A stretch of 64,000 bases of DNA, from assembly GCA_050246755.1 (NCBI GenBank), contig JBFWVL010000002.1, positions 288,001-352,000 on the forward strand. The letters are read 5' to 3'. The notes beneath the pieces were generated by a model. That model ran no database searches. It had not been told where the DNA came from and was given only the letters and a program-made list of their open reading frames with translations. Positions 1 through 10,166 of the stretch are shown piece by piece; the first letter of the stretch is position 1; every line of letters starts with the position of its first letter. Origin of the DNA: Bacteriovoracia bacterium. Its GTDB lineage: Bacteria > Bdellovibrionota > UBA1018 > CAIPTA01. The translations under genes were made by a program, and so were the position numbers.

Positions 1-122
1 TGTGCTGCGCCCAATAGGCTTGCCACTTTTTTTCGATTTCTTGCGGATGGTACGGCATGGGCAAGAGCGTAGCATTTTTGTTGTGGCGTGGCGACGGGGG
101 AAAGCATGTTATGGTGTGCGTT

Positions 123-890
123 ATGGGTGCCTTGATCGACACAATTCCGGCCGGCGCGAGAATCCTCGATGCGCGTTTTCGTCTCGCCGATCCTTCGGCC
201 GGGAAAAAACTCTACCTCGAGGGCCATATCCCCGGCGCCTATTTCGTGGACCTCGAAACCCAGATGACCGGGAGAAAGACCGGCCGCAATGGGCGTCATC
301 CTTTTCCCGACCGCAAGGTTTTCGCCGATATGCTCGGTAAACAGCTCGGGATCGGCGCCGAGACGTCCGTAGTAATCTACGACGATGCGGATTATGCCGG
401 CGCGGCCCGCCTCTGGATGATGCTGCGCTGGGTGGGGCACGAGAAGGTTTGGGTTTTGAATGGTGGGCTTAAGGGATATGCGGGCGAGCTGGCGAAAGGG
501 GAAGAGCCCCATCCCCCGCTGGCGCGTTTTTTGGCGCGGAAATCTTTGGTGGAGAATTTCACCTGGAACGAGCTAGGCGGAAAATTGCTCGTGGATGCGC
601 GCGCCCCGGAGCGCTTTCGCGGAGAAGTGGAGCCGATCGATTCCGTGGGTGGGCATATTCCCGGCGCGCGGAATTTCTTTTATCAAAATTTGTTGCACGA
701 AGGCCGCTTAGATCCTTCGCGTTTGCCGACGTTTGAGGGAAAGCCCACTTTCTATTGCGGCTCGGGCGTGACCGCTTCGGTTTTATTATTGGCGGCCGCG
801 GAGCGGGGGATGGAGGCTTCGTTGTACGCCGGATCCTGGAGTGAGTGGTGCGTGGTGCGGCCGCAGGATATCGCGAAGGGTGAAAAATAA
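123..890 (+). CDS. sseA: Tandem-rhodanese sulfurtransferase (SseA/3-mercaptopyruvate sulfurtransferase family)
   Basis: GHIPGA twice, GRHPFP, DARAPERFRGEVEPID, active-site loop YCGSGVTA, YAGSWSEW. Start moved to ATG 123, which follows a TGnTATGGT -10 box. Confidence 0.9.
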   Translation: MGALIDTIPAGARILDARFRLADPSAGKKLYLEGHIPGAYFVDLETQMTGRKTGRNGRHPFPDRKVFADMLGKQLGIGAETSVVIYDDADYAGAARLWMMLRWVGHEKVWVLNGGLKGYAGELAKGEEPHPPLARFLARKSLVENFTWNELGGKLLVDARAPERFRGEVEPIDSVGGHIPGARNFFYQNLLHEGRLDPSRLPTFEGKPTFYCGSGVTASVLLLAAAERGMEASLYAGSWSEWCVVRPQDIAKGEK

Positions 891-1037
891 CGCAGCGCTT
901 GGCTAGCGCCGAAGAAGCGTTGCAGCATTTCTACGCCCGCAAAAGACCCAAGAGTTCTTGACTCTTTCGCCGTGTTTTCGTACGAATTAATTCGTCTTTC
1001 AACTTCAACCATTTGCACCGCTTCCCTGAGGTAACCC

Positions 1038-3098
1038 ATGCAAGAAAGCTTGCTGTATCTTCCCTTGATCACCGGACCCATCGCGCTCGTTGTGGCGATT
1101 GCTCTCTATATCCGCATCAAATCGCTTCCGGATGGAAACGAAACGATGAACCGCATCGGGAAATATATCCGGGAAGGATCGATGGCGTTCCTCACCCGCG
1201 AGTATAAAGTTCTCGCCGTCTATTCCCTGGTGGTGATGGCCCTCCTCGGCTATGCGCTCGGCCCCATCGCCGCCGCTTGCTTCTTCGCCGGCGCCTTCCT
1301 TTCGCTTCTGGCCGGTTTCTGCGGAATGAAAGCCGCCACCTACGCGAACGTGCGCACGGCGCAGGCTGCCCGCGAAGGCTCGAAGCCGAATGCCCTCCTC
1401 ACGGCCCTCGATGGCGGGGCGGTGATGGGCTTGGCGGTGGCTGGCTTAGGCCTCGTCGGCCTCGGCGGCCTCTATCTCTTGTTCCGCGGTCAACCGGTGG
1501 TGGGCACCGCGCTCCACTCCTTCGCCGTGGGCGCTTCCTCGATCGCGCTCTTCGCGCGTATCGGTGGCGGTATCTATACGAAGGCCGCCGACGTAGGCTC
1601 CGATATCGCCGGTAAGGTGATCGAGAATATTCCGGAAGATGACCCACGTAACCCCGGCGTAGTGGCCGATAACGTGGGCGATAACGTGGGCGACGTGGCC
1701 GGTATGGGCGCCGACATCTACGAATCCATGGTGGCCGCGATTGTTTCCGCGATGGCGATTGCCCTCACGGTTCCCGTGGAAGGCTTAGCTAAGCTTGTGT
1801 CGGTAGATATGGGCCCCGAGACCACGCGCTGGCTCGGCGTGATGCTGCCGCTCTTGCTCTCTTCACTCGGTCTCGTGATTTCTCTGCTCGTGATTTTTAT
1901 CGCGCGCCTATTGAAAAACGGAAACCCCGCTTCGGTATTGCGTAACTGCTTGATTATTCCGCCCATTCTGCTCACGATCGTTTCTTTCGTGATCATGCCA
2001 ATGCTCGGTATGTCGCAATCGGTAACCATCGCCCTCGCAGCCGGTGCATTCGGCGGCGCGATCATCGGCCTCGTGACCGAGTACTATACCGCTTCCACGC
2101 CGATCCGTAAGATCGCCGAAGCTTGCGTCACTGGCGCGGGCACGGGCGTGATCCGCGGTTTGGCCGTAGGGATGGAATCCATCGTGATCCCGATGGCCGT
2201 AGTAGCGATTGCCGCCGGTGTGGCGAACGAATACTTGGGCCTCTACGGAATCGCCATCGCCGCCGTGGGAATGCTCGCGGGCACCGCGATCGTGATGACG
2301 GTAGACGCCTACGGACCCATCGCCGACAATGCCGGCGGTATTTCCGAAATGAGCGGACTCGGCAAAGAAGTGCGCGACATCACCGACGAGCTCGACGCCG
2401 TAGGAAATACGACGGCGGCGATTGGAAAAGGTTTCGCGATCGGTTCCGCGATCCTCACCGTGCTGGCGCTTTTCTCGGCGTACAATATGGAGATCAACCA
2501 CGTGCGTGAGCTTGCAGGGAAAGAAAAACTCTTACTCGAGCTTACAGACGCAAAAGTTTTGATCGGTATCATCATCGGTTCCGTGCTTCCCTTCATCGTG
2601 GGTGCTACCACCATGACGGCCGTGGGCCGCGCCGCCGGTGCGATCGTGGAAGAAATTGGTCGCCAATTCCGCGAAATCCCGGGCCTCCGGGAAGGTAAAG
2701 CTGATCCCCAACCCGGGAAGATCGTGGATATCGCTACCGTTGCTGCGCTGAAGGAAATGATTTTCCCTGGCACCGTAGCGATCTTCGCGCCGATCGTGGT
2801 GGGATTTCTGATGGGTCCTGCGGCCCTTGCCGGAACTCTCGCGGGCTCGCTCGCCGTGGGCGCCACGCTTTCGCTCTTCATGGCGAACGCGGGCGGCGCC
2901 TGGGACAATGGTAAAAAATACATTGAGAAGGGCAAATTGCCTGGCCACAAAAAAGGCTCTGACGCGCACAAAGCCGCCGTGGTGGGTGATACCGTTGGGG
3001 ATCCATTCAAGGATACTTCGGGACCAGGTATTTCCATCTTGATTAAAGTGATGGGAGTTGTATCGTTGCTCCTGGCACCGTTGATCGCGCTGTTTTAG
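1038..3098 (+). CDS. hppA: Membrane-bound pyrophosphatase, K+-dependent, probably Na+-translocating
   Basis: [51 protein letters not shown] (Ala) marks the K+-dependent type; the Glu position in GADIYES matches Na+-PPases. Confidence 0.95.
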   Translation: MQESLLYLPLITGPIALVVAIALYIRIKSLPDGNETMNRIGKYIREGSMAFLTREYKVLAVYSLVVMALLGYALGPIAAACFFAGAFLSLLAGFCGMKAATYANVRTAQAAREGSKPNALLTALDGGAVMGLAVAGLGLVGLGGLYLLFRGQPVVGTALHSFAVGASSIALFARIGGGIYTKAADVGSDIAGKVIENIPEDDPRNPGVVADNVGDNVGDVAGMGADIYESMVAAIVSAMAIALTVPVEGLAKLVSVDMGPETTRWLGVMLPLLLSSLGLVISLLVIFIARLLKNGNPASVLRNCLIIPPILLTIVSFVIMPMLGMSQSVTIALAAGAFGGAIIGLVTEYYTASTPIRKIAEACVTGAGTGVIRGLAVGMESIVIPMAVVAIAAGVANEYLGLYGIAIAAVGMLAGTAIVMTVDAYGPIADNAGGISEMSGLGKEVRDITDELDAVGNTTAAIGKGFAIGSAILTVLALFSAYNMEINHVRELAGKEKLLLELTDAKVLIGIIIGSVLPFIVGATTMTAVGRAAGAIVEEIGRQFREIPGLREGKADPQPGKIVDIATVAALKEMIFPGTVAIFAPIVVGFLMGPAALAGTLAGSLAVGATLSLFMANAGGAWDNGKKYIEKGKLPGHKKGSDAHKAAVVGDTVGDPFKDTSGPGISILIKVMGVVSLLLAPLIALF

Positions 3099-3140
3099 TC
3101 CTTAGCGAAAGTCCGGTGCTTCACCTGTAGGAGGGGAATC

Positions 3141-4484
3141 ATGCGGACTTTTCTATTTGTACTTTTACTTTCCACGAATGCCTTCGCGGCGGATCTTCCG
3201 TTTAAAGACGGAGATTTCGGCTGCTTCGATCGCGCCAAGGCCGATCGCTACGTTTCCGATTATCATATCGACGTAGCCAGCTTCGGCGGGCTCGAGCTTT
3301 GCGACGGCGCGAAAGAATCCAAGAAACTTTTTAACGATCTTCACTTGATCGAGAACGCCCAGTTCGTGGCCGGTCGTGATCACGCCTTCATCAAAGGCTA
3401 CGTGGACCGCGCCAACTACTATAACTGGATGAAGAGCCAGACCCGCTCGGTAAACCGCGGCCACGATATTCCTTACGCCACGGCCTATAACTCCTGGGGT
3501 AATTTCACCATGCAGGACGGCTGGACCACTTTGTCCACGCTCGGCCGCGTGGGCACGATCATCCACGAAGCCCGCCATACGGCCGGTTACCCTCACTACC
3601 GCTGCACCTTTGGCCCTTACGCGAACTCCAGCGTATCGGGCTGCGATACTTCCTACGCACAGGGCGGATCCCACGGTGTGGAGATGGAATACTACGCGCG
3701 CGTGGTGCTTGAGTCCCAGAACCTGCATCCCGTGTATAAAAGCATGGCACGCTTGATGGCGATGGGCCGCTCGAATTTCGTTTTCAACTTGCAGCCGATG
3801 AAGAAACGCGAAGCGCTGATGGGCCTTGCCGGCAACCGGCTCGTGCTCGTGGATTCCAATGAGCTCATGGAACGTCCCGTGCCGGTGGCGGCCGCAGGTT
3901 CGCGCTTGAAGCGCACTTCCTTCGGCGCCAGCCTCGTGAAGGGCCAGGAGAGCGTGGCGATTGATCTGTATAATAAAGACGATCTCGGCTTCTCCGCCAA
4001 AGACGATTATTCCTACTACAAGCTTTTCTCCACTCCCCGCGACAACGCTCCCACCAGCGTGCTCGATACCGAGGAGTTCGACGTGGGCAGTATGCGTTAC
4101 TTCACCGTGCTGGATCAGCAGGGAAAAATCTCCAGCTACGATTTCCCCAATGGGAATTGGTTCGTGGCCACGGCACCCCAGGCTTCGGCCCGCGCGCTCG
4201 TGACCCGCGCTCCCAACGGCCAGAGCGGCCTCTTCGTGGTGAAGGCAGACGGAACCATTCTTCCCTTTGATCCCACGAACCGCAGCTTCGGCGCTCCGCT
4301 CAGCGATCGCTGGAGAGCGGATACCGCCGCCTACGCCATGCTCGGCAACAATCTCGTTCGCTTAACGAGCGAAGGCACGATGGTGAGCGCGGCTTCCGGC
4401 GCGCCCATCGATGCGTTCTCGCAGTATCATTTCACCGACCTCGTGAACGTACCCGTCTATGACGCTTTCGAAGTGGCTCGTTAG
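3141..4484 (+). CDS. Secreted putative zinc metalloprotease (metzincin motif) with beta-rich C-terminal domain
   Basis: Signal peptide ending AFA; HEARHTAGYPH fits HExxHxxGxxH; RBS GGAGG. Confidence 0.7.
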   Translation: MRTFLFVLLLSTNAFAADLPFKDGDFGCFDRAKADRYVSDYHIDVASFGGLELCDGAKESKKLFNDLHLIENAQFVAGRDHAFIKGYVDRANYYNWMKSQTRSVNRGHDIPYATAYNSWGNFTMQDGWTTLSTLGRVGTIIHEARHTAGYPHYRCTFGPYANSSVSGCDTSYAQGGSHGVEMEYYARVVLESQNLHPVYKSMARLMAMGRSNFVFNLQPMKKREALMGLAGNRLVLVDSNELMERPVPVAAAGSRLKRTSFGASLVKGQESVAIDLYNKDDLGFSAKDDYSYYKLFSTPRDNAPTSVLDTEEFDVGSMRYFTVLDQQGKISSYDFPNGNWFVATAPQASARALVTRAPNGQSGLFVVKADGTILPFDPTNRSFGAPLSDRWRADTAAYAMLGNNLVRLTSEGTMVSAASGAPIDAFSQYHFTDLVNVPVYDAFEVAR

Positions 4485-5127
4485 TCTAGTAGTACTCGGC
4501 ATGTTCCTCGTGGGAGGCTGCCTGTACTACCTCGCGCATCACCGCTCTTCCTTTCCGGAAGAGCGGGATCCGGCTCCTATTTCCAAACCCGTTAGCCAGG
4601 AAGTGCAAACCTTCCGTGCCGCCCCGCGGGTCGAGCGCGTGGAGCAATTCTATAAAGCGGAGAGCGCGCGGGTAGGGGAGGTAGATCCCGATCCCACGCT
4701 CACCGAAGAGCGGCTTCGTGCGGTGGCTTCGGAGTTAAGCGCGGAGGAGATCAACTGGCTGAAGTTGCGGGCCCTGAGTGCTAAGGAAAATGCCGATGCG
4801 CGTTTTTTCGCCGCCTATCTACTCGCGCTCAGCCAGAAAGACGAAGCTTTACCGGCCCTAAAAGAGATTGCCTCCACGCCGCTGCCAAATTCGAAGAATC
4901 AGGGCGAAGTGGAATTGGGCCGGCAGATCCGCGCGCAGACCATCGAAGGAATCAGCCAGCTAAAAAGCAAAGCCGAAGCCCGCGATGCCCTGCTGGACAT
5001 CGAACAGGCGCAAACAGATGAATTCCTGCGGGACCGTGCCCACCGCGCGCTCTATGCCCTCAGCTCCGGAAAGCCGGTGGAGCAGCAGGACAAAGAGGGC
5101 ATGGGCAAGCTTCTCTATGGGCAGTAG
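4459..5127 (+). CDS. Membrane-anchored HEAT-like repeat hypothetical protein
   Basis: N-terminal TM helix; helical repeats such as ARFFAAYLLAL and LRDRAHRAL; overlaps the upstream gene. Confidence 0.65.
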   Translation: MTLSKWLVSLVVLGMFLVGGCLYYLAHHRSSFPEERDPAPISKPVSQEVQTFRAAPRVERVEQFYKAESARVGEVDPDPTLTEERLRAVASELSAEEINWLKLRALSAKENADARFFAAYLLALSQKDEALPALKEIASTPLPNSKNQGEVELGRQIRAQTIEGISQLKSKAEARDALLDIEQAQTDEFLRDRAHRALYALSSGKPVEQQDKEGMGKLLYGQ

Positions 5128-5130
5128 CGC

Positions 5131-7782
5131 TTAGTGCGCGCTGCTTCCTTTTACCGGATTGTCACTTTTCTTCGCGTCGCCGGTGGCGGAAAGCTCGGTT
5201 TCGCCTTCGTAAGGAGGAGTATAGTTATCGAGCAGGTTTTTCGCCGTGGTGCAGGCGGAAGCGGCGCCATCGGTATCGAATACCCCCGGCTCCGCGCCGT
5301 CTTCTCCGCATTTCTCGGCAATGTCTTTGATCGCCGCCGAGATGGAGCCGTTTTTCACGCGCACGCTGGAACGGCTATCGTTGGCTAAGGTGTCGAGCTC
5401 GTTGGCGGCTTGTTCCGCGCAGCTGCGTTTTTCCTCGCTCACGGCGGCCTTCTTCGCGTTTTTCTTTTCCTTCAGCTGAGAGCTGCGAAGGGCGAGCAGG
5501 GCTTTGCGCTCTTCTTTGGTATCCGCGGCGGAGATCATGGCGGAATCTACTTCGTCGGCGTCGTCGTCATCCCCGCTGGCGTTCTTCGCGCGGCTCATGC
5601 AGGAAGTGTATTTCGCAGAGATTTTTGATCTATCGTCTTTGTCCGCCTTATCCTGACTCTTGCGCAGCATAGCTTCGAGAGGGGTGAACATCTTGGTCAT
5701 ATTGCTCGCTTTGCAGATTTTCTCCGCATCGCAATCGCCGAGCGCATTAGCGATCGAGGCGTAGTCGGATTTTTTCAGGGCGCATTGAGATTTCATCTTC
5801 GCGGCTTCGGTAAATTTTTTCCCGATTGCGCTCCGGCGCTTCTCGATCGACTTCAATACGTCGTCGGTATCGCCCATCTCCACGTAGCTGCCCACGCCGG
5901 CGAACGCCGCTTTCATGTCTTTAGGGGTTTTAAAGAGGCCGGTTTTATCGTCTTTCTCCAGCTCTTCACCTTTGACGGTTTTGCTTTCCAGGCTGGCGCT
6001 GATCCCGTATTTCGCGAAATCGGCATTTAGCCCAGCGGTAGCCGAAGTGATCATTTCGCTCATCGAGGTGAAGCTCGTGGCGATGCCGCCCATTAGGGTC
6101 TGGATATCGCTATTATGCGTTTCCACGAATTTTTCCTGGTTCAGGGTCTCGGTTTGCTTGGCCTTCTCGTGGCTGTCGCGGGCGGTGCTCAGCACGTTGA
6201 TGCATTCCTGGAAACCGGCGCAGGTCACGGTGGCGGCGGATGAGGAGGGAGCACCTTGGGCATCGAGCTGAAGGTTGGGGATGCTGATGGCGGTGGTGCC
6301 GGCATCTACGTTGATTTTCGTGCCGTCGTTCAGCATCACCTCTTCGGGATGGCCGTTGATCCCGCTATTCAGCATACCCTGCATTTTGCGCAGGCAATCC
6401 ACGGACTCGTTGGGATCGTTATTGGCGGTGCAGGTGGAAGAGAACTGCGAGAGATCGCGGTTATAGGTTTTCGTGAACGAAGTCTTGAAGTCCGTCATCG
6501 CGTTCTTCGTGGTCTGAATCAGGTTCTTGGCTTCGAGGGCCACCTGGCGCTCGGCATTGGCGATCGATTTCAAACTGCCCTTATAGGCGTTGCCTTCCGA
6601 TTTCAGGCTGGCCTTGAAGTTGTTCACGGCCGAGTTATAGCAAGCGCGGTAGCGGGTTTTCACGAAGGTGGCCAGCTCACTCGGCTTCACACCATTGCCC
6701 ACGAACTGGGTGTTGGAAATTTCTTCGCTGGTCTCGTTCATCATTTTATTAAAACGGCTATCGAGGATCCCAAGGAATCCGTTCGGATCCTTGGCGTCAC
6801 CCTCGATTTGCTGGGCCACTTCCATCATTTTGTTGGCGGTGATCGAATTCATCGCTTCCGAGATCTCGGAGTTCTTGCCGGCCTGAGCGCGGCTCACGGG
6901 ATTATCTTTGGCGGTTTTCCCGATATAGCGCTCCACGCATTGTGCGGGGCTCATGGCCGCGCCACCGAAACACGACTGACGGCTGCCTTCGTAGCACTTC
7001 TGGGTTTTGTCCATGATATTGAAGTACCAGTTGTTGGCGGTGGTCACCCGTTGTTCTTTGATGGAATCCACTTTGGCGCCGAGGGCAGCCACTTTATCGT
7101 TCAGCTCGATCGCGGCTTTCTGCAGCTTGCCGAGCTGGTCGCGGAATCCGCCTTTGCCGTCCACGTCATTCTTGATTTGCTCCGCGATATTTTCGTGGAT
7201 CTTGATGATCTTATCGCGCGTGCTCCACACCTTGGTGGCAGCCTGAGTGATTTGATTGAAGGGAGCTTTGGCGGTTTCGGCGATTTGGTTCACCTTGTTT
7301 TGCATGGTGCGGATACAAGCGATCTTCGCCGCCACTTCGCTCATCTCCTCGGCGTTTTTCTTGGCGGAATCGATGATGTCGCCGTAGTTTCCGCAGGTGG
7401 CTTCCACGGTCTCGAGGTCTTTGCCGTCGAATTTTGCTTTTTTAAATTTCGCCGTGTCCTTCTTTGCTTTCTGCACGCATACCTGCGCCTCGATGGCGGC
7501 GGTGGACAGATTCATTTTCATTTGGTTGAGCGCGTTCATCTGCGGGGTCATCTGGCCCTGCATCCCGTTGAGGGTACCGAGGTGATTCACCAGCTGCTGC
7601 ATCTGTTGCGCGGAGGAAGTATAGGCTCCCACTCCCTGCGCGGCCGTGCCCACCGCGCCGGCGGCGGCGTTGACGATATTCGTGCTCGCGTCTTCGGCGT
7701 ATACGAAGGGCACTTGGCCGGCGGCCATGGCCACGGTGAGGGTGGTGAAGAGAAAGCGTTTGGAGGCGGACAGGGTTTTCAT
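5131..7782 (-). CDS. Large secreted Cys-rich alpha-helical/coiled-coil hypothetical protein (883 aa)
   Basis: Signal peptide ending VYA|ED, RBS GAGG, many paired Cys, Ala/Lys/Gln-rich helices. Confidence 0.8.
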   Translation of the reverse strand: MKTLSASKRFLFTTLTVAMAAGQVPFVYAEDASTNIVNAAAGAVGTAAQGVGAYTSSAQQMQQLVNHLGTLNGMQGQMTPQMNALNQMKMNLSTAAIEAQVCVQKAKKDTAKFKKAKFDGKDLETVEATCGNYGDIIDSAKKNAEEMSEVAAKIACIRTMQNKVNQIAETAKAPFNQITQAATKVWSTRDKIIKIHENIAEQIKNDVDGKGGFRDQLGKLQKAAIELNDKVAALGAKVDSIKEQRVTTANNWYFNIMDKTQKCYEGSRQSCFGGAAMSPAQCVERYIGKTAKDNPVSRAQAGKNSEISEAMNSITANKMMEVAQQIEGDAKDPNGFLGILDSRFNKMMNETSEEISNTQFVGNGVKPSELATFVKTRYRACYNSAVNNFKASLKSEGNAYKGSLKSIANAERQVALEAKNLIQTTKNAMTDFKTSFTKTYNRDLSQFSSTCTANNDPNESVDCLRKMQGMLNSGINGHPEEVMLNDGTKINVDAGTTAISIPNLQLDAQGAPSSSAATVTCAGFQECINVLSTARDSHEKAKQTETLNQEKFVETHNSDIQTLMGGIATSFTSMSEMITSATAGLNADFAKYGISASLESKTVKGEELEKDDKTGLFKTPKDMKAAFAGVGSYVEMGDTDDVLKSIEKRRSAIGKKFTEAAKMKSQCALKKSDYASIANALGDCDAEKICKASNMTKMFTPLEAMLRKSQDKADKDDRSKISAKYTSCMSRAKNASGDDDDADEVDSAMISAADTKEERKALLALRSSQLKEKKNAKKAAVSEEKRSCAEQAANELDTLANDSRSSVRVKNGSISAAIKDIAEKCGEDGAEPGVFDTDGAASACTTAKNLLDNYTPPYEGETELSATGDAKKSDNPVKGSSAH

Positions 7783-7822
7783 AAATACCTCAGGGACCTT
7801 TGACAGTGGAGTCCTATGGTAT

Positions 7823-7850
7823 TTATCGTCTAATTCCGGAATTTCCTTGA
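7823..7850 (-). promoter_or_regulatory. Putative sigma28 (FliA) promoter
   Basis: Minus strand TCAAG-N15-GACGATAA upstream of the 7782 start. Confidence 0.6.
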
Positions 7851-7898
7851 GGAAGACGGCGTTTTTGGCCTGTCTAAAAGTTCGACACTTCCGCGCCC

Positions 7899-10166
7899 CT
7901 AGAGGGTGAGCAGCTTCTCAAATATTTCCACTACTTGGCCGCGGTCTGCCTTAAAGGCTTTATCGCCGGCTACGTAGCGGCGCCAGGCGTAGGAAATCGC
8001 CTCGCCCCAGTTTTCGGCGGTGGGCAGAGAGCGGTTGGCTAGCAGGTACATGTAGATCGCGTGGTGGTCTTTTGGATCGGGCTTGCCGCGTTCGATGCAC
8101 TTCTCTTTGAGGAAAGGCAAGAATACCGGGTAGGCCAATTCGGCTTCCTCGTTCTCGAGCAGGCCGTCGTGGTTGCGGTCGAAACGCGCGAAGAGGAGCT
8201 CCACGTAGTAGGGCAAAAGGATGAAGGCGCGGGTATCGGAAATGGTAAAATTATCCTCGGCGGAACGGCCCTTGCGCAGGAAGTTCTCCAAACGAGTAAA
8301 TAAAACTTCTTGATTTCGATCCGTGAGCTGCTTGAAGTACTGGGCGGTTCCGGGAATGGAGCTCCAGATCAGGCTGGCCTGCTTGAGCCAGTTTTTCCGG
8401 AAGCAGCGGGCCTTGATGGCGAACTTTCCGTTCTCGGCGGCGGTGCCGCAGGCTAGCGCAAGATTATTGTGCACGGTATTCGCGTAGTAGATGGTGGAGA
8501 GAAGCAGGGACTCGAACTCGATCGCCTCGTTCATGGTGAGGCCTTTGTCACCGTCGGAGGAAGGAAGGAAAAGGCTGGCTTCGAAGAGGCGTTTCGGAAA
8601 GCTTTCTTGGGTTTCCGCATCGGCGAGTTTCACCTTAGGGTCGCGCAGGATCGGGAAGATATCGTCGAGTAGGGATTTCAGCTGGGCTTCGGTGAGAGAA
8701 TCCGCTTTGGGGCCGGCGTAGGCGCCGATCAGCAGGCGGTTTACCGAGCGCATAAGGTGCATCTTCGCCATGTGCTGCAAGGAAAGCTTTGGGCGGTTCT
8801 TTCCGCTCGGAATCAAAACGTGCAGAGAGCGGCCTGGGAAAACCGTATTGATCTCGCCGGCGGTTTTTACGAGGCTTTCCACGGCCGCGCGGGAAACCTG
8901 ATCGCGCAATAGGGTAGACTCGAGCAAATGCTCGGTGGTGAAGGAGGCGAAGTCTTCGGTTTTTAGACCTTGGGTTTCAAAGCCATTTTCGCCGAATTTC
9001 GCGCGGTAGATCGCCTCGAGCGCGCGCAATCCTTCGGTGGCGAAGTGGAAAGTGCGGGAGAGCTGGGCAAAATTTTCTTTGCGGATCGTATAGCCCTTGC
9101 CGGTATCTTCCACGCGGAAGAGTTTGCCGAACACGAGTTTCACGCCGGCGCGCACGGTATCGAACTCCATTCCGCCGAGCATGCCGGCCGAATTCATGGC
9201 CACGAGGAGCTCGTCGATCTCTTCTGATTTGATCTCGCCCTCGCGGCGCTGGTCCAGCACTTGGGAAAAAAGCTGGATGCTGTCGTCGAAGAGGCTTTCG
9301 AGTCGGAGCAGGCCGGGGCCGTAGGCGTAGTTATGCTCGCCATGGGAATAGAAGCGGGCGCGCAGGTAGAGGGAGTAGTAGCGGGGGGCCATGCGGTAGA
9401 TGGTGAACCAGTCGGCGGCGAGGATTTCGTCTTTCGGGGGAGAAACGAAAATCGCCTTCGCGGGTCGCAGCGCCTGAGTCCAATTGAGCACGGTCTTTAC
9501 CCATTCCGAGTCGCCTTTATTATCCGGGTAGAGGAATTTTCCGAGCTCGGTGAAGAGTGCGCCGAAGTGATCGAAAGAATAAGCGCCCTGGGTGTCTTTT
9601 AGGGATTCGGCGATCTCGTTCATTCCGGCCTGGAATTCCACGATAGCTTCTTCGAATTGGTCTTTGCTGTAGCTGCGGGTAATGAAGGTTTCGGCGCGCA
9701 CCGGCATATGGGGACGCAGGCGGGCGGTAACTCGGCGGGCCACTTTCATGATGCGAAGGACGTCGTTGAGCTCTTTACGGGTGATTTCGTCGGAGCGGCC
9801 GCCGAGGATGCTTTGCTTAAGCACCATCACTTCGTTGATTAGGCCGGGAGGGATTTCTTTTCCGTTCAGGAAATATTTGCTGAGGAAGCGGGCCAGATCG
9901 TTGGCCTTATAGGAATTGAGGGTGTCGCCCTCGGTATGACTATTGAAGGTGGTCACCGACTTTTCGGTGCAGTCCCAAAAGCCCTCGAGCTCGGCCGCAG
10001 TGGCGGAACCTTCCGCGAAGCGGGAAAGAATTTTACCGGAATTGGAAAGGCAGCCGCCGCCGAGGCTCACGTTGAGCGGGGCTTTTTCCACTTTATCGTT
10101 CAGGCGCAGGGAACAGCCCGAAAATGCGAGGGCGAGGGTGAAGATGCAGAGAAGTTTAGAAGGCAT
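7899..10166 (-). CDS. Large lipoprotein with EF-hand-like motifs, hypothetical
   Basis: Lipobox FSG|C; DRNHDGLLENEE EF-hand loop; second degenerate loop SDGDKGLTMNE. Confidence 0.75.
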   Translation of the reverse strand: MPSKLLCIFTLALAFSGCSLRLNDKVEKAPLNVSLGGGCLSNSGKILSRFAEGSATAAELEGFWDCTEKSVTTFNSHTEGDTLNSYKANDLARFLSKYFLNGKEIPPGLINEVMVLKQSILGGRSDEITRKELNDVLRIMKVARRVTARLRPHMPVRAETFITRSYSKDQFEEAIVEFQAGMNEIAESLKDTQGAYSFDHFGALFTELGKFLYPDNKGDSEWVKTVLNWTQALRPAKAIFVSPPKDEILAADWFTIYRMAPRYYSLYLRARFYSHGEHNYAYGPGLLRLESLFDDSIQLFSQVLDQRREGEIKSEEIDELLVAMNSAGMLGGMEFDTVRAGVKLVFGKLFRVEDTGKGYTIRKENFAQLSRTFHFATEGLRALEAIYRAKFGENGFETQGLKTEDFASFTTEHLLESTLLRDQVSRAAVESLVKTAGEINTVFPGRSLHVLIPSGKNRPKLSLQHMAKMHLMRSVNRLLIGAYAGPKADSLTEAQLKSLLDDIFPILRDPKVKLADAETQESFPKRLFEASLFLPSSDGDKGLTMNEAIEFESLLLSTIYYANTVHNNLALACGTAAENGKFAIKARCFRKNWLKQASLIWSSIPGTAQYFKQLTDRNQEVLFTRLENFLRKGRSAEDNFTISDTRAFILLPYYVELLFARFDRNHDGLLENEEAELAYPVFLPFLKEKCIERGKPDPKDHHAIYMYLLANRSLPTAENWGEAISYAWRRYVAGDKAFKADRGQVVEIFEKLLTL

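Noticed and set aside
891-1037. Possible Na+ or other riboswitch upstream of hppA
   Set aside because: No recognisable aptamer or terminator/antiterminator; the region looks like a promoter.
6256-7803. 515-aa plus-strand ORF and other long antisense ORFs (e.g. 2309-3037, 56637-57644)
   Set aside because: They shadow well-supported genes on the opposite strand, have no motifs, and are expected from codon bias.
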